DNA from: an uncultured Gammaproteobacteria bacterium
Lineage (GTDB): Bacteria > Pseudomonadota > Gammaproteobacteria > Nevskiales > Nevskiaceae
Reading direction: 5' to 3'
DNA length: 64,000 nucleotides
Assembly: GCA_963776465.1 (NCBI GenBank)
Contig: CAVZMV010000002.1
Location: 1,350,498 to 1,414,497 of the forward strand
Shown here: positions 54,323-64,000 of the stretch, piece by piece
Position numbering within the stretch: position 1 is the first letter of the stretch
Layout of the letters: each line of letters begins with the position of its first letter
Notes under the pieces: model-generated
What the model was told of the DNA's origin: nothing
Database searches by the model: none
The model's input: the letters and a program-made list of their open reading frames with translations, nothing else
Translations under genes and position numbers: made by a program

Positions 54323-55066
54323 TCAGCCGTAACGGACCTGGCAGTTGCCACAAAAGAAGGCGCGACGCTTTTTGGTGCCGAGCGACTTGGCGTACTGCAG
54401 GCGGATCTTGCAGCGCGGGCAGGTGGTCTTGGCGTGTACGCACCAGTGCTTGCGCAGCACGTAGGCCTTCTTCCACTTGTAGAAATCGAAGCTGTACTCG
54501 CGCGCCTGCTTGATCATCTCGCCGAGCTTGCGCGGCGGCAGCTTGCCGACCTTCGACAGCGGATGCACGCGGATCCGGTAGAGCACCTCGTTCTTGATGA
54601 TGTTGCCGGCGCCGGCGAAGACGTCCTGATCCAGCAGCGCATCGCAGGCGAGCATCGAGGGCTGGGCTTCCAGCTTCGCGCGCGCCTTGCGCGGGCTCCA
54701 GGCGTCCGACATCACGTCGGCGCTCCAGTCGTAGACCTCGTCCAGGTCCTCTTCGATGAGGCGCACAGAGCAGGCGTAGAAGCTGATTTCCTTGCCGCGC
54801 CCGAACTCCAGGCGCAATCGCGGGTTGTCGATCTTGCGGCGCTCGTTGATCAGGTACTTGCCGAACAGCATGAAGTGCACGCGCACGGAGAAGTCGGGGA
54901 ACTGCATCAGGAAGTGCTTGCCCCAGCTCTTCAGCGCGAGGAGCTTCTTGCCAGCGAGGCGCTGCGGGTCGATAACCTTGCTGTTGCCGCTGGCGCGCAG
55001 CACCTTCTTGCCGGCGAACGACGCGGCTTCTTCGCGAAGGATGACGATCGATGGACCTTCGGGCAT
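54323..55066 (-). CDS. Fpg/Nei-family DNA glycosylase (endonuclease VIII-like)
   Basis: It has the N-terminal MPEGP catalytic motif, the H2TH motif GAGNIIKNEVLYR, and the C-terminal zinc finger CPRC...CGNC. The start was moved to ATG 55066. Confidence 0.85.
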   Translation of the reverse strand: MPEGPSIVILREEAASFAGKKVLRASGNSKVIDPQRLAGKKLLALKSWGKHFLMQFPDFSVRVHFMLFGKYLINERRKIDNPRLRLEFGRGKEISFYACSVRLIEEDLDEVYDWSADVMSDAWSPRKARAKLEAQPSMLACDALLDQDVFAGAGNIIKNEVLYRIRVHPLSKVGKLPPRKLGEMIKQAREYSFDFYKWKKAYVLRKHWCVHAKTTCPRCKIRLQYAKSLGTKKRRAFFCGNCQVRYG

Positions 55067-55121
55067 ACGGTTATGACCACAGCCGCCGCGTAGAATCACC
55101 GCACACAACGGGGGAATAACG

Positions 55122-55514
55122 ATGACCATCACACCGCTCTACGCGGGCATCCTGGCGTTCTTTTACCTGGCACTCAGCTACCGCGTGGTGCAGCAGCGCG
55201 GGCACGGCGTGAGCCTGGGCGACGGTGGCGACGCCGTGCTGCTGCGCCGCATCCGCGGCCACGGCAACTTCTCCGAGTACGTGCCGCTGATCCTGCTGAT
55301 GATGGCGATGCTCGAGGTCGGCGGCATGCGCGGCTGGCTGATGCACGTCATCGGCGCGACGCTCGTGGTCGCGCGACTTCTCCACGGTGTGGCGCTGTCA
55401 TTCACCGAGAAGTGGACCTTCGGCCGCTTCTGGGGGACGCTGCTGACGTTCATCCTGCTGGCGGTGTGCGGCGGGCTGTGCGTTTGGCGCGGCCTCGCCG
55501 GCTTGCACATGTAG
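55122..55514 (+). CDS. MAPEG-family membrane protein
   Basis: It is 130 aa with RIRGHGNFSEYVP and ARLLHG. Confidence 0.8.
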   Translation: MTITPLYAGILAFFYLALSYRVVQQRGHGVSLGDGGDAVLLRRIRGHGNFSEYVPLILLMMAMLEVGGMRGWLMHVIGATLVVARLLHGVALSFTEKWTFGRFWGTLLTFILLAVCGGLCVWRGLAGLHM

Positions 55515-55520
55515 GCTTTT

Positions 55521-55568
55521 GTAGGAGGGGCTTTAGCCCCGACCGGTCGCGGCTAAAGCCGCTCCTAC
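55521..55568. repeat. REP family A inverted doublet
   Basis: GTAGGAGGGGCTTTAGCCCCGAC cg GTCGCGGCTAAAGCCGCTCCTAC. It supplies the TAG of the minus-strand flavoprotein gene. Confidence 0.9.
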
Positions 55569-56771
55569 AACGCCATCCCCGCCGCACTCGCCGACGCCCA
55601 AGCCCACTGGAAGTTGTGGCCGCCGAGGTGCCCGGTGACGTCGACGACCTCGCCGACGAAGTAGAGCCCGGGCATCAGGCGCGACTCCATCGTCGTGGAT
55701 GAGATCTGGTCGGTGTCGACGCCGCCCAGCGTCACCTCGGCAGTGGCGTAGCCCTCGGTGCCGCTGGCGGGGATCGGCCACCTCTGCAGCTGATCCGTGA
55801 TGGCCTTGAGCTGCGCGGTGGAGTACCTGCCGCATCGGCTTGTTCACGATGCCGAGCTCGCACAGCCGCTGTGCCAGGCGCTTGGGGATGACGTCGCCGA
55901 GAACGGTCTTGAGCTCGGCGTCGCGGCGTGAACCGCCCCCACCCGGGCCCTCCCCCGCAAGCGGGGGAGGGACTCCATCAGGGAGAAGGTTTGCATGCAG
56001 CGCGTCGCCGGGCCGCCAGTACCGACGAGATCTGCAGGATCGCGGGGCCGCTGACGCCGCGGTGCGTGAAGAGCATGAAGTTGCGGAAGCTGGTGCCGTT
56101 GCAGCTGGCTTCGATCGGCAGCGACAGGCCGCTCAGATCCCCGAAGCGCTCGAGCGCCTTGGCGTCGAACGTCAGCGGCACCAGGCCCGCGCGCGTCGGC
56201 ACGATGTCGTGCCCGAACTGGCGCGCGAGCTCGTAGCCGAACCCGGTCGCGCCCATCTTCGGGATCGACACGCCGCCGGTGGCGACGACCAGCGATCGGG
56301 CGCGCAGCTGCTCGCGCGCGCCGCTCGAGCGATCCGCGGTCTCGACCACGAAGCCGTCGCGATCGCGCATCACGCGCGTGATCTCCCGGTCCAGTACCAG
56401 ACTTCGGCGCCGGCGTCGACGCACTCGTCGAGCAGCATCTTCACGATCTGCTTTGAAGAGTCGTCGCAGAACAATTGCCCCAGTTCCTTCTCGTGATAGG
56501 CGATGCCGTGCTTCTCGACCATCGCGATGAAGTCCCACTGCGTGTACCGCGCCAACGCGGACTTGCAGAAGTGCGGGTTGCGCGAGAGGAAGTTCTCCGG
56601 CGAGCAGTGCAGGTTGGTGAAGTTGCAGCGGCCGCCGCCCGACATGAGGATCTTCTTGCCCGGCTTGTTGGCGTGCTCGATGACGCGCACGCGCCGGCCG
56701 CGATGGCCGGCGACCTGCGCGCACATGAGGCCAGCGCCGCCGGCGCCGAGGATCAGGACGTCAGCGTCCAA
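55566..56771 (-). pseudogene. HI0933/YhiN-family FAD flavoprotein, three frameshifts plus a repeat insertion
   Basis: It is colinear with E. coli YhiN (DVLILGAGGAG, ILMSGGGRCNFTN, the NPHFCKSALARYTQWDF motif, ATGG, LFTHRGVSGPAILQISS, AEVTLGGVDT, GEVVDVTGHLGGHNFQWAW). The match is spread over three frames, with breaks near 56415, 56025 and 55828. Confidence 0.75.
55930..55973. repeat. family B GC-hairpin element inside the flavoprotein gene
   Basis: GAACCGCCCCCACCCGGGCCCTCCCCCGCAAGCGGGGGAGGGAC. Confidence 0.85.
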
Positions 56772-58950
56772 TCAGCGCCCGGGCTGCGGCAGTGATCGAA
56801 TCCTTCGACGGCAGCGTGCAGGTCGCGCCGACGCCGAGCGGAATGAAGCTGTCCTCGGCGGTGATGCGCGCGAGACGCGACGATTCGACGCCACGCTCGA
56901 CCAGCGCCGTGATCAGCTCCTCGCTGACCGAGCCGCTGCGCCGGCATTCGTCGACGATGAGAACGCGCCGGCATTCGCGCACGGCCTGGAACAGGCGGTC
57001 GTGATCGATGCCGGTGAGCCAGCGCAGGTCGATCAGCCGCACCTTCGCGCCGTTCTTCTCGATCTCCGGCAGTGCCTGGCGCGACAGATAGATGCCGTTG
57101 CCGTAGCTGACGATCGCAAGATCGCGCCCGTCGCCGTGCACGCCGAGCTCGCCGCGGGCGAGGAGATGCTTCGGCCCCGGATCGGCGAACGACCATAGCC
57201 CGTCGTCCGGCTTGTGCAGGTCTCGCGTGTGATACAGCGCGATCGGCTCGAGGTAGATCACCACGCGCTGCTCCTCGTCGGCGAGGCGCACGCACTCCTG
57301 CAACAGGCCCACCGCGTCGGCGGCGTTGGACGGGCAGGCGACCAGGATGCCGGGAATGTCGCGGAGCACGGCGATGGCGTTGTCGTTGTGGAAGTGGCCG
57401 CCGAAGCCTTTCTGGTATGCGAGGCCCGCCATGCGCACGACCATGGGGTTCGTGTACTGACCCTTGGAGAAGAACGACAGCGTCGACGCCTCGCCGCGAA
57501 TCTGGTCCTCGGCGTTGTGCAGATAAGCGAGGTACTGGATCTCGACGACCGGCAGGAGGCCGTTCTGTCCCATCCCGATCGAAAGCCCGAGGATCGTCTG
57601 CTCGTCGAGCAGCGTGTCGATCACGCGATGCTGTCCGTGTCTGGCCTGCAGCTTCAGCGTCACGCCATACACGCCGCCCTTGTGGCCGATGTCCTCGCCC
57701 GCCATGACCATGTGGGGATACGTCGTTAGCAAGCGGTCCAGCGTCGTGTTGATCAGCTTGGCCATGGTTGTGGATCCCCTCTCCCCTTGGGGGAGAGGGC
57801 CAGGGAGAGGGGTAACTATCGCTCTGCTTTTCCTTTTCCCCGGCACGATCGACGCCATCACCGCCTTCGCCGTCGAGAGCTTCGGCCGCGACACCGCTTC
57901 CTGTGCGACGCGCTTCACTTCCTCGCCGATGGCGTCGTAGCGCGCGACGATCTCGCTCGCGCTCATCAGGCCGTGCTCGAGCACGAGCGCGGCGCTGTAG
58001 AGGAGCGGGTCCTGCTTATCCATCGCTTCGATCTGATCCGGCGTCAGATAGGCCTCCTGCGCGTCGGCGCCGGCGTGGCCCATCAAGCGCACGCAGCGCA
58101 TGTGCAGGAACACCGGCTGGCGCCGATGCCGCGCGATGTGCTCGGCCTCGCGGGTGACCTTGTAGGTGTCGAGCAGGTCCAAGCCGTCGCAGGGCAGGTA
58201 GTGGATCGCGGGACGGCCGCGCATGTTCGCGGCGATCCAATCCTTGGGCGTCGGCGTCGAGACGCCAAGGCCGTTGTCCTCGCACAGCAGGATCAGCGGC
58301 ATCGGCACGTTCTGATATGCGGTCCACGCGGCGGCGTTGATCGCGCCCTGCGCGGTGGAGTGGTTCACCGACGCGTCGCCGAAGCTGCACAACACGACGC
58401 TGTCGTCCGGCCACTCGCCCTTGCCGATCTTCTCGCCGATGCGTCGCCGCAGCGCGAAGCTGAACGCGGTGCCGACCGCTTTGGGCAACTGCGAGGCGAT
58501 CGTGCTCGTCTGCGGCGGAACGTTGAGTTCCTTGGATCCGAGCACCTTGTGCCGGCCGCCGGCGATCGGATCGTCGGCGGAGGCGACGAACGACAGCAGC
58601 ATGTCGAGCAGGATGTCGTGCCCTCGGCGCTGCTTGCTGCGCTGGATCAGGAACGCGGCGCCGCGGTAATGCAGGAACGCGGGATCGGTGAGACGCAGCG
58701 CCTTGGCAACCGCGGCGTTGCCTTCGTGTCCGGAGCTGCCGATGGTGTAGAAACCTGCTTTCAGCGCGTGCAGGCGGCGCGCGTGGAAATCGAGCTGGCG
58801 CGAGAGGATCTGCGACTCGAACAGCTCGACGAGATCGGCTCCGGTGAGCCCGGCCTCGGCCAGCGTCCAGGAATGGGCGGGGCGAGGGAGCGTGCCTTCG
58901 CCAACGGACTTGCGAAAGCGCAGGTCGACCGGGAAGAGGAGTTCGGACAT
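56761..58950 (-). CDS. fused 2-oxoacid dehydrogenase E1 component (alpha plus beta in one 729-aa ORF)
   Basis: The N-terminal half is a TPP-binding alpha subunit (GDASVNHS, CEDNGLG). The C-terminal half is transketolase-like beta (MAKLINTTL..., the DTLLDEQ motif). The linker is a repeat element. Confidence 0.8.
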   Translation of the reverse strand: MSELLFPVDLRFRKSVGEGTLPRPAHSWTLAEAGLTGADLVELFESQILSRQLDFHARRLHALKAGFYTIGSSGHEGNAAVAKALRLTDPAFLHYRGAAFLIQRSKQRRGHDILLDMLLSFVASADDPIAGGRHKVLGSKELNVPPQTSTIASQLPKAVGTAFSFALRRRIGEKIGKGEWPDDSVVLCSFGDASVNHSTAQGAINAAAWTAYQNVPMPLILLCEDNGLGVSTPTPKDWIAANMRGRPAIHYLPCDGLDLLDTYKVTREAEHIARHRRQPVFLHMRCVRLMGHAGADAQEAYLTPDQIEAMDKQDPLLYSAALVLEHGLMSASEIVARYDAIGEEVKRVAQEAVSRPKLSTAKAVMASIVPGKRKSRAIVTPLPGPLPQGERGSTTMAKLINTTLDRLLTTYPHMVMAGEDIGHKGGVYGVTLKLQARHGQHRVIDTLLDEQTILGLSIGMGQNGLLPVVEIQYLAYLHNAEDQIRGEASTLSFFSKGQYTNPMVVRMAGLAYQKGFGGHFHNDNAIAVLRDIPGILVACPSNAADAVGLLQECVRLADEEQRVVIYLEPIALYHTRDLHKPDDGLWSFADPGPKHLLARGELGVHGDGRDLAIVSYGNGIYLSRQALPEIEKNGAKVRLIDLRWLTGIDHDRLFQAVRECRRVLIVDECRRSGSVSEELITALVERGVESSRLARITAEDSFIPLGVGATCTLPSKDSITAAARALIGR
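57777..57813. repeat. family B GC-hairpin element in the E1 alpha/beta linker
   Basis: CCCCTCTCCCCTTGGGGGAGAGGGCCAGGGAGAGGGGT is read on the minus strand as TPLPGPLPQGERG. Confidence 0.85.
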
Positions 58951-58975
58951 CGGCCTAGCTTAGACTCCCGTCGCC

Positions 58976-59626
58976 ATGGCTGAAAAACCCCACTCCGCCG
59001 CCTGCGAGCGCAACCGCGATCCGATCCTGGCGGTGCTGCGCGAGCATTTCGACGATTGCCGGCACGTGCTGGAGATCGGCAGCGGCACGGGTCAGCACGC
59101 GGTGCATTTCGCGCAGGCCATGCCGCACCTGGTGTGGCAGACCTCCGACGTGCCGGAGAATCACGCCGGCATCCGCGCGTGGCTGGACGAGGCGCGGCTG
59201 CCGAACGCGCGACCGCCGATCGCGCTCGACGTGGACAAGCCGTGGCCGCGCAAGCGCTTCGACCTGCCGGGCCGCAAGGCCGAGGGCTACGACGCGGTGT
59301 TCAGCGCCAACACGCTGCACATCATGAGCTGGCCGCAGGTGCAGCGGATGTTCGCCAAGCTGCCGTCGGTGATGTCGGGCGACGCAAGGCTCGTGATCTA
59401 CGGACCGTTCAACTACGGCGGCCAGTTCACCAGCCCCAGCAACGAGCAATTCGAGAAGACGCTGAAGGGCTGGGGCGCGCACATGGGCATCCGCGATTTC
59501 GAGGCGGTCGACGCGCTCGCGCACGAAAGCGGATTGCATCTCATCGAGGATCGGGCGATGCCGGCGAACAACCGGTGCATCGTCTGGACGCGGGGCAAGG
59601 TGAAGGCGCGCGTCGCGCGCCACTAG
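58976..59626 (+). CDS. DUF938 (SAM-methyltransferase-like) protein
   Basis: [22 protein letters not shown] and [12 protein letters not shown] are present. Confidence 0.8.
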   Translation: MAEKPHSAACERNRDPILAVLREHFDDCRHVLEIGSGTGQHAVHFAQAMPHLVWQTSDVPENHAGIRAWLDEARLPNARPPIALDVDKPWPRKRFDLPGRKAEGYDAVFSANTLHIMSWPQVQRMFAKLPSVMSGDARLVIYGPFNYGGQFTSPSNEQFEKTLKGWGAHMGIRDFEAVDALAHESGLHLIEDRAMPANNRCIVWTRGKVKARVARH

Positions 59627-60404
59627 CTCTTCAGGCGGTATCCGGTCTTGAAGATCCACGCCACGATGAAGAGATCGATGACGAGGAAGGCGAGCGTCGC
59701 CGCCAGGCTCACGCCGACCGCGACGTCGGCGGTGCCGTAGAAGGCCCAGCGGAAGCCGCTGATCAGGTACACCACCGGGTTGAACAGCGTGATCGTGCGC
59801 CAGACATCCGGCAGCATGTCGATCGAGTAGAACGCGCCGCCGAGGAAGGTCAGCGGCGTCAGCACCAGCATCGGCACGAACTGCAGGTGCTCGAAGCCCT
59901 TGGCCCAGATGCCGATGATGAAGCCGAACAGGCTGAAGGTCGTGGCCGTCAGCACCAGGAACGCGATCATCCAGAAGGGATGCAGGATGTGGATCGGCAC
60001 GAACAGCGCCGCGGTCGCGAGGATCAAGAGGCCCAGGATGATCGACTTGGTCGCCGCTGCGCCGACGTAGGCGAGCACGAGCTCGAACGGCGACACCGGC
60101 GCGGAGAGCAGCTCGTAGATCGTGCCGGTGAACTTGGGGAAGTAAATGCCGAACGAGGCGTTCGACAGGCTCTCCATGAACAGCGACAGCATGATCAGGC
60201 CCGGCACGATGAACGCGCCGTACGGCACGCCGCCGACCTCGGTCATGCGCGAGCCGATCGCCGAGCCGAACACCACGAAATAGAGCGAGGTGGTGAGCAC
60301 CGGCGTCACCACGCTCTGCACCAGCGTGCGCTTGAAGCGGTTGAGCTCGAAGGCGTAGATCGCCCAGACGCCGTGGCTGTTAAACGCGGGGACCGTGGAA
60401 GTAC

Positions 60405-60408
<4 letters not shown>
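59623..60408 (-). CDS. ABC-2 type transporter permease (YadH-like)
   Basis: It has six predicted TM segments and forms an ATGA overlap with the ATPase gene. Confidence 0.8.
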
Positions 60409-61391
<983 letters not shown>

Positions 61392-61411
61392 GGGCGCGTA
61401 TTCTAGATTGT

Positions 61412-61499
61412 GTAGGAGGGGCTGTTAGCCCCGATCGCGCTGTCGGGGCCAACGGCCCCTCCTACAGAACCACTTGTCGGGGCCAACGGCCCCTCCTAC
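61412..61499. repeat. REP family A cluster (3 units: forward, reverse, reverse)
   Basis: Units are at 61412-61435, 61442-61465 and 61476-61499. Confidence 0.9.
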
Positions 61500-61503
61500 A
61501 AAA

Positions 61504-61953
61504 TCACTTGTCGTACTTGATCGACACGACCTCCAGCTCCAGATCCCCCACCGGCCGCTCCCAGATCACCGACTCGCCGACGCGCGCGCCCTTGAGCGCG
61601 CTGGCCAGCGGGGACATCCAGCTGACGCGGCCGTTCTCGGGGTCGACCTCGTCCTCGCCGACGATCTTGTAGCGATGCGGGTTGCCGTCCTCGTCCATCA
61701 GCTCGATGGTGGCGCCGAACCCGACCTTGTCGTGGGGCAGCGTCTCGGCGGACACCGGGATCGCGGCGCTGATGCGGGCCTGCAGCCGCCGGATCTCGCG
61801 CTCGTTGTCGGCTTCGCGGGCCTGCGTCAAACGGTTGCGCAGCTCGGCCAGGCCCGCGGGGGTTATGTAGTTCGGATTGGTGCTCGGCGGCAGCTCCGGG
61901 GGGTCGAGCGGCAGCTCGATCTCGTCCACTTCTTTTACGAAGGCGCGGCTCAT
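61504..61953 (-). CDS. GreA/GreB-family transcription elongation factor
   Basis: It has a C-terminal Gre domain (GFGATIEL, YKIVGEDEVD, ISWMSPLASAL-type). Confidence 0.75.
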   Translation of the reverse strand: MSRAFVKEVDEIELPLDPPELPPSTNPNYITPAGLAELRNRLTQAREADNEREIRRLQARISAAIPVSAETLPHDKVGFGATIELMDEDGNPHRYKIVGEDEVDPENGRVSWMSPLASALKGARVGESVIWERPVGDLELEVVSIKYDK

Positions 61954-62076
61954 GATTCAGGGTCGGGCTCTTTGGGTTTCAATGTGTTGGACCCGAAAAA
62001 CCGGTCGAGGTTTAACCGGCACAGAGGCGGCCGACCCCCCGAACGTGGTAAGGTGCGCGCCCTTCGGAGGAATGCT

Positions 62077-62487
62077 ATGGCTCACAGATCGTACATGGTC
62101 GACGCGCAGGAACGGGAGCGCCGGCAGCGTAATTATCTGGCTGCACCGGTTCTGCGGCAGAAATATCCCAAGATCCGCGAGCTGGTCGTCGAGCTGTCCT
62201 TCTCCGACCCCGAAGGCAAGGTCAATCCGTCGCCCCACAAGCGCCGCTACTCCTCTGAAATGCAGGCTTATTTCGAGATCGAGTGCCCGCTGCGCGACTG
62301 CACCGGCGGTGGCTTCGACCTGGCGGCCGACATCACCAAGTCGCTGTCGGCCAAGCACGCCGAAAGCACCGGCAAGAGCGCCTGCACCGGCGATCGCAAG
62401 CGTGACGGCGTCGCCGATCACCGCTGCGGCCTGCAGCTGTCGTATCGCGTGAAGGTTCTCGACGACAAGAGCGTCGCCGCCGCGTAA
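62077..62487 (+). CDS. hypothetical Cys-containing small protein (136 aa)
   Basis: The start was moved to ATG 62077. It has EIECPLRDCTGG...SACTGD...HRCG. I recognised no family. Confidence 0.45.
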   Translation: MAHRSYMVDAQERERRQRNYLAAPVLRQKYPKIRELVVELSFSDPEGKVNPSPHKRRYSSEMQAYFEIECPLRDCTGGGFDLAADITKSLSAKHAESTGKSACTGDRKRDGVADHRCGLQLSYRVKVLDDKSVAAA

Positions 62488-62494
62488 AACGCGG

Positions 62495-63688
62495 TCACCC
62501 CTTCACGCACATCACCTGCTTCAAGGTGTGCACGACGTCGACCAGGTCGGTCTGATTGGCCATCACCTGGTCGATGTCCTTGTAGGCTCCCGGAATCTCG
62601 TCGACCACGCCCTTGTCCTTGCGGCAGACGATGCCCTTGGTCTGCGCGACCACATCGGCGGCGCTGAACCTGCGGTTGGCCTCGTTGCGGCTCATGCGCC
62701 GCCCGGCGCCGTGCGCGCAGGACTCGAACGATTCCGGATTGCCCTTGCCGCGGACGATGTAGCTCTTGGCGCCCATGCTGCCGGGGATGATGCCGAGCTC
62801 GCCTTCGCCGGCGCGGATCGCGCCCTTGCGCGTCAGCCACACGTCGCTGCCGAAGTGGCGCTCGCGCTGCACGTAGTTGTGATGACAGTTCACCGCGTGC
62901 GCAGCGACCTCGAAGGCCGGCAGGTGCCGGCGCATCGCAGCTAGCACCATCCCCATCATCACTTCGCGATTGGTGCGCGCGTAGTCCTGGGCCCAGCCCA
63001 CGGCCTCGACGTAATCGGAGAACTCCTGCGAGCCCTCGTCGAGCCAGGCGAGGTCGCGGTCAGGCAGCGTGCGATCCATTTCCAGCGCGTGCTCGCGCGC
63101 CCGCTCGATGAAGTAGGTGCCGATGCGGTTGCCGATGCCGCGGCTGCCCGAGTGCAGTAGCACCCAGACGCGATCCTCCTCGTCCAGGCACAGCTCGATG
63201 AAATGGTTACCGCCGCCCAGGCTCCCAAGCTGGCAGACCCAGCTGGTCTCGGTGTGCTTGCCGGCGATGCGCGGATGCTTCTCCAGGATCGCTTCGAGAC
63301 CCGGCTTGAACGCCTCGGCCGCGTCGTAATGCGCGCGATCATCCTTGTGCTGGTTGAAGCCCAGCGGCACGTCGCGGCTGATCTGCTGGAACAACGCACG
63401 GAGCGACGCTTCGGTGAGGTCGTTGGCAGAGAGCGTCGTGCGCACGGCCGCCATGCCGCAGCCGATGTCTACGCCGACCGCAGCGGGAATGATTGCGCGC
63501 TTGGTGGCGATGACCGAGCCCACGGTCGCGCCCTTGCCCAGATGCACGTCGGGCATGGCCGCAACGTGGTGATGCACGATCGGCAGCGCCGCCATGTCCA
63601 GCAGCTGCTGCCTGGACGCCGCATCCACGTCCTCGGTCCAGACCTTGACCGGGACGTGGGCGGTTTCGAGCGTTTGGCGAATCGTCAC
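62495..63688 (-). CDS. rtcB: RNA 3'-phosphate ligase RtcB
   Basis: MPDVHLGKG, GVDIGCGM, GGGNHFIE, HSGSRGIG, the GSMG motif and the SCAHGAGR motif are present. The start is GTG. Confidence 0.9.
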   Translation of the reverse strand: MTIRQTLETAHVPVKVWTEDVDAASRQQLLDMAALPIVHHHVAAMPDVHLGKGATVGSVIATKRAIIPAAVGVDIGCGMAAVRTTLSANDLTEASLRALFQQISRDVPLGFNQHKDDRAHYDAAEAFKPGLEAILEKHPRIAGKHTETSWVCQLGSLGGGNHFIELCLDEEDRVWVLLHSGSRGIGNRIGTYFIERAREHALEMDRTLPDRDLAWLDEGSQEFSDYVEAVGWAQDYARTNREVMMGMVLAAMRRHLPAFEVAAHAVNCHHNYVQRERHFGSDVWLTRKGAIRAGEGELGIIPGSMGAKSYIVRGKGNPESFESCAHGAGRRMSRNEANRRFSAADVVAQTKGIVCRKDKGVVDEIPGAYKDIDQVMANQTDLVDVVHTLKQVMCVKG

Positions 63689-63695
63689 CTGAATT

Positions 63696-63737
63696 CCTTC
63701 CCCCGTTCACGGGGGAAGGTCTCAGATGGGGGCGTTT
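63696..63737. repeat. family B GC-hairpin element (intergenic, overlaps the ompA-like stop)
   Basis: CCTTCCCCCGTTCACGGGGGAAGGTCTCAGATGGGGGCGTTT. Confidence 0.8.
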
Positions 63738-64000
63738 AGCCGCCCGCCTTCAAGGGCTCCAGATGAATCTCCACGCGGCGATTCTGCTGGCGGCCGTTCT
63801 CGTTGTCGTTGCTCGCGATCGGACGGCTTTCGCCGAAGCCGATGGCCATCAGCCGGTTCGGCGCGATGCCGCGGCCGGACAGGTAGGTCGCCACCGACGA
63901 CGCGCGCTGCTCGGACAGCGTCTGGTTGAAGGCGGTGTCGCCGACGTTGTCGGTGTGGCCTTCGACCGAGATCAGCGTCTTGTCGAATTCCTTGCCGACC
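63736..64000 (-). CDS. OmpA-family peptidoglycan-binding protein, C-terminal part only (5' end outside window)
   Basis: The reverse strand reads ...ISVEGHTDNVGDTAFNQTLSEQRASSVATYL...GFGESRPIASNDNENGRQQNRRVEIHLEPLKAGG*. Confidence 0.8.
   Translation of the reverse strand, partial: VGKEFDKTLISVEGHTDNVGDTAFNQTLSEQRASSVATYLSGRGIAPNRLMAIGFGESRPIASNDNENGRQQNRRVEIHLEPLKAGG

Overview
This is a high-GC proteobacterial chromosomal window whose gene content looks gammaproteobacterial. It holds about 60 protein-coding genes. I saw no rRNA, tRNA, CRISPR array, integrase or transposase.

Layout:
- 1-13.8 kb: housekeeping genes (trpC partial, CRP-like regulator, OsmC-like, speD, coq7, holA, proA, nadD, rsfS, rlmH, acs, rlmJ, Nudix).
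- 13.8-25.3 kb: three paralogous ACP5-like metallophosphoesterases around a reductase plus diiron-oxygenase pair, then a Fiu/PiuA-type TonB receptor, piuC, a PepSY protein and thiC.
- 26-33.5 kb: an acyl-CoA carboxyltransferase, an SRAP peptidase, and hypothetical or hydrolase genes.
- 33.5-48.8 kb: an accessory/defence region that looks lower in GC by eye. It has a Type I R-M locus with two hsdM genes (the second fused to hsdS) and a multiply frameshifted hsdR. It also has an AvcD-like dCTP deaminase, deaD, four toxin-antitoxin modules and a WYL regulator.
- 48.8-50.2 kb: a full-length dnaA with no dnaN or rpmH neighbours.
- 50.3-64 kb: a large secreted hydrolase-like protein, a DUF4397 lipoprotein, yajQ, an Fpg/Nei glycosylase, MAPEG, a decayed flavoprotein gene, a fused E1 alpha/beta dehydrogenase, DUF938, an ABC-2 exporter, a Gre factor, rtcB and a partial OmpA-like gene.

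The most unusual signal is two families of short palindromic repeats at 17 loci. Six copies lie in frame inside otherwise intact ORFs, one more lies in a decayed gene, and other copies supply stop codons.

All calls come from reading the ORF translations and the DNA by eye. No searches were run.
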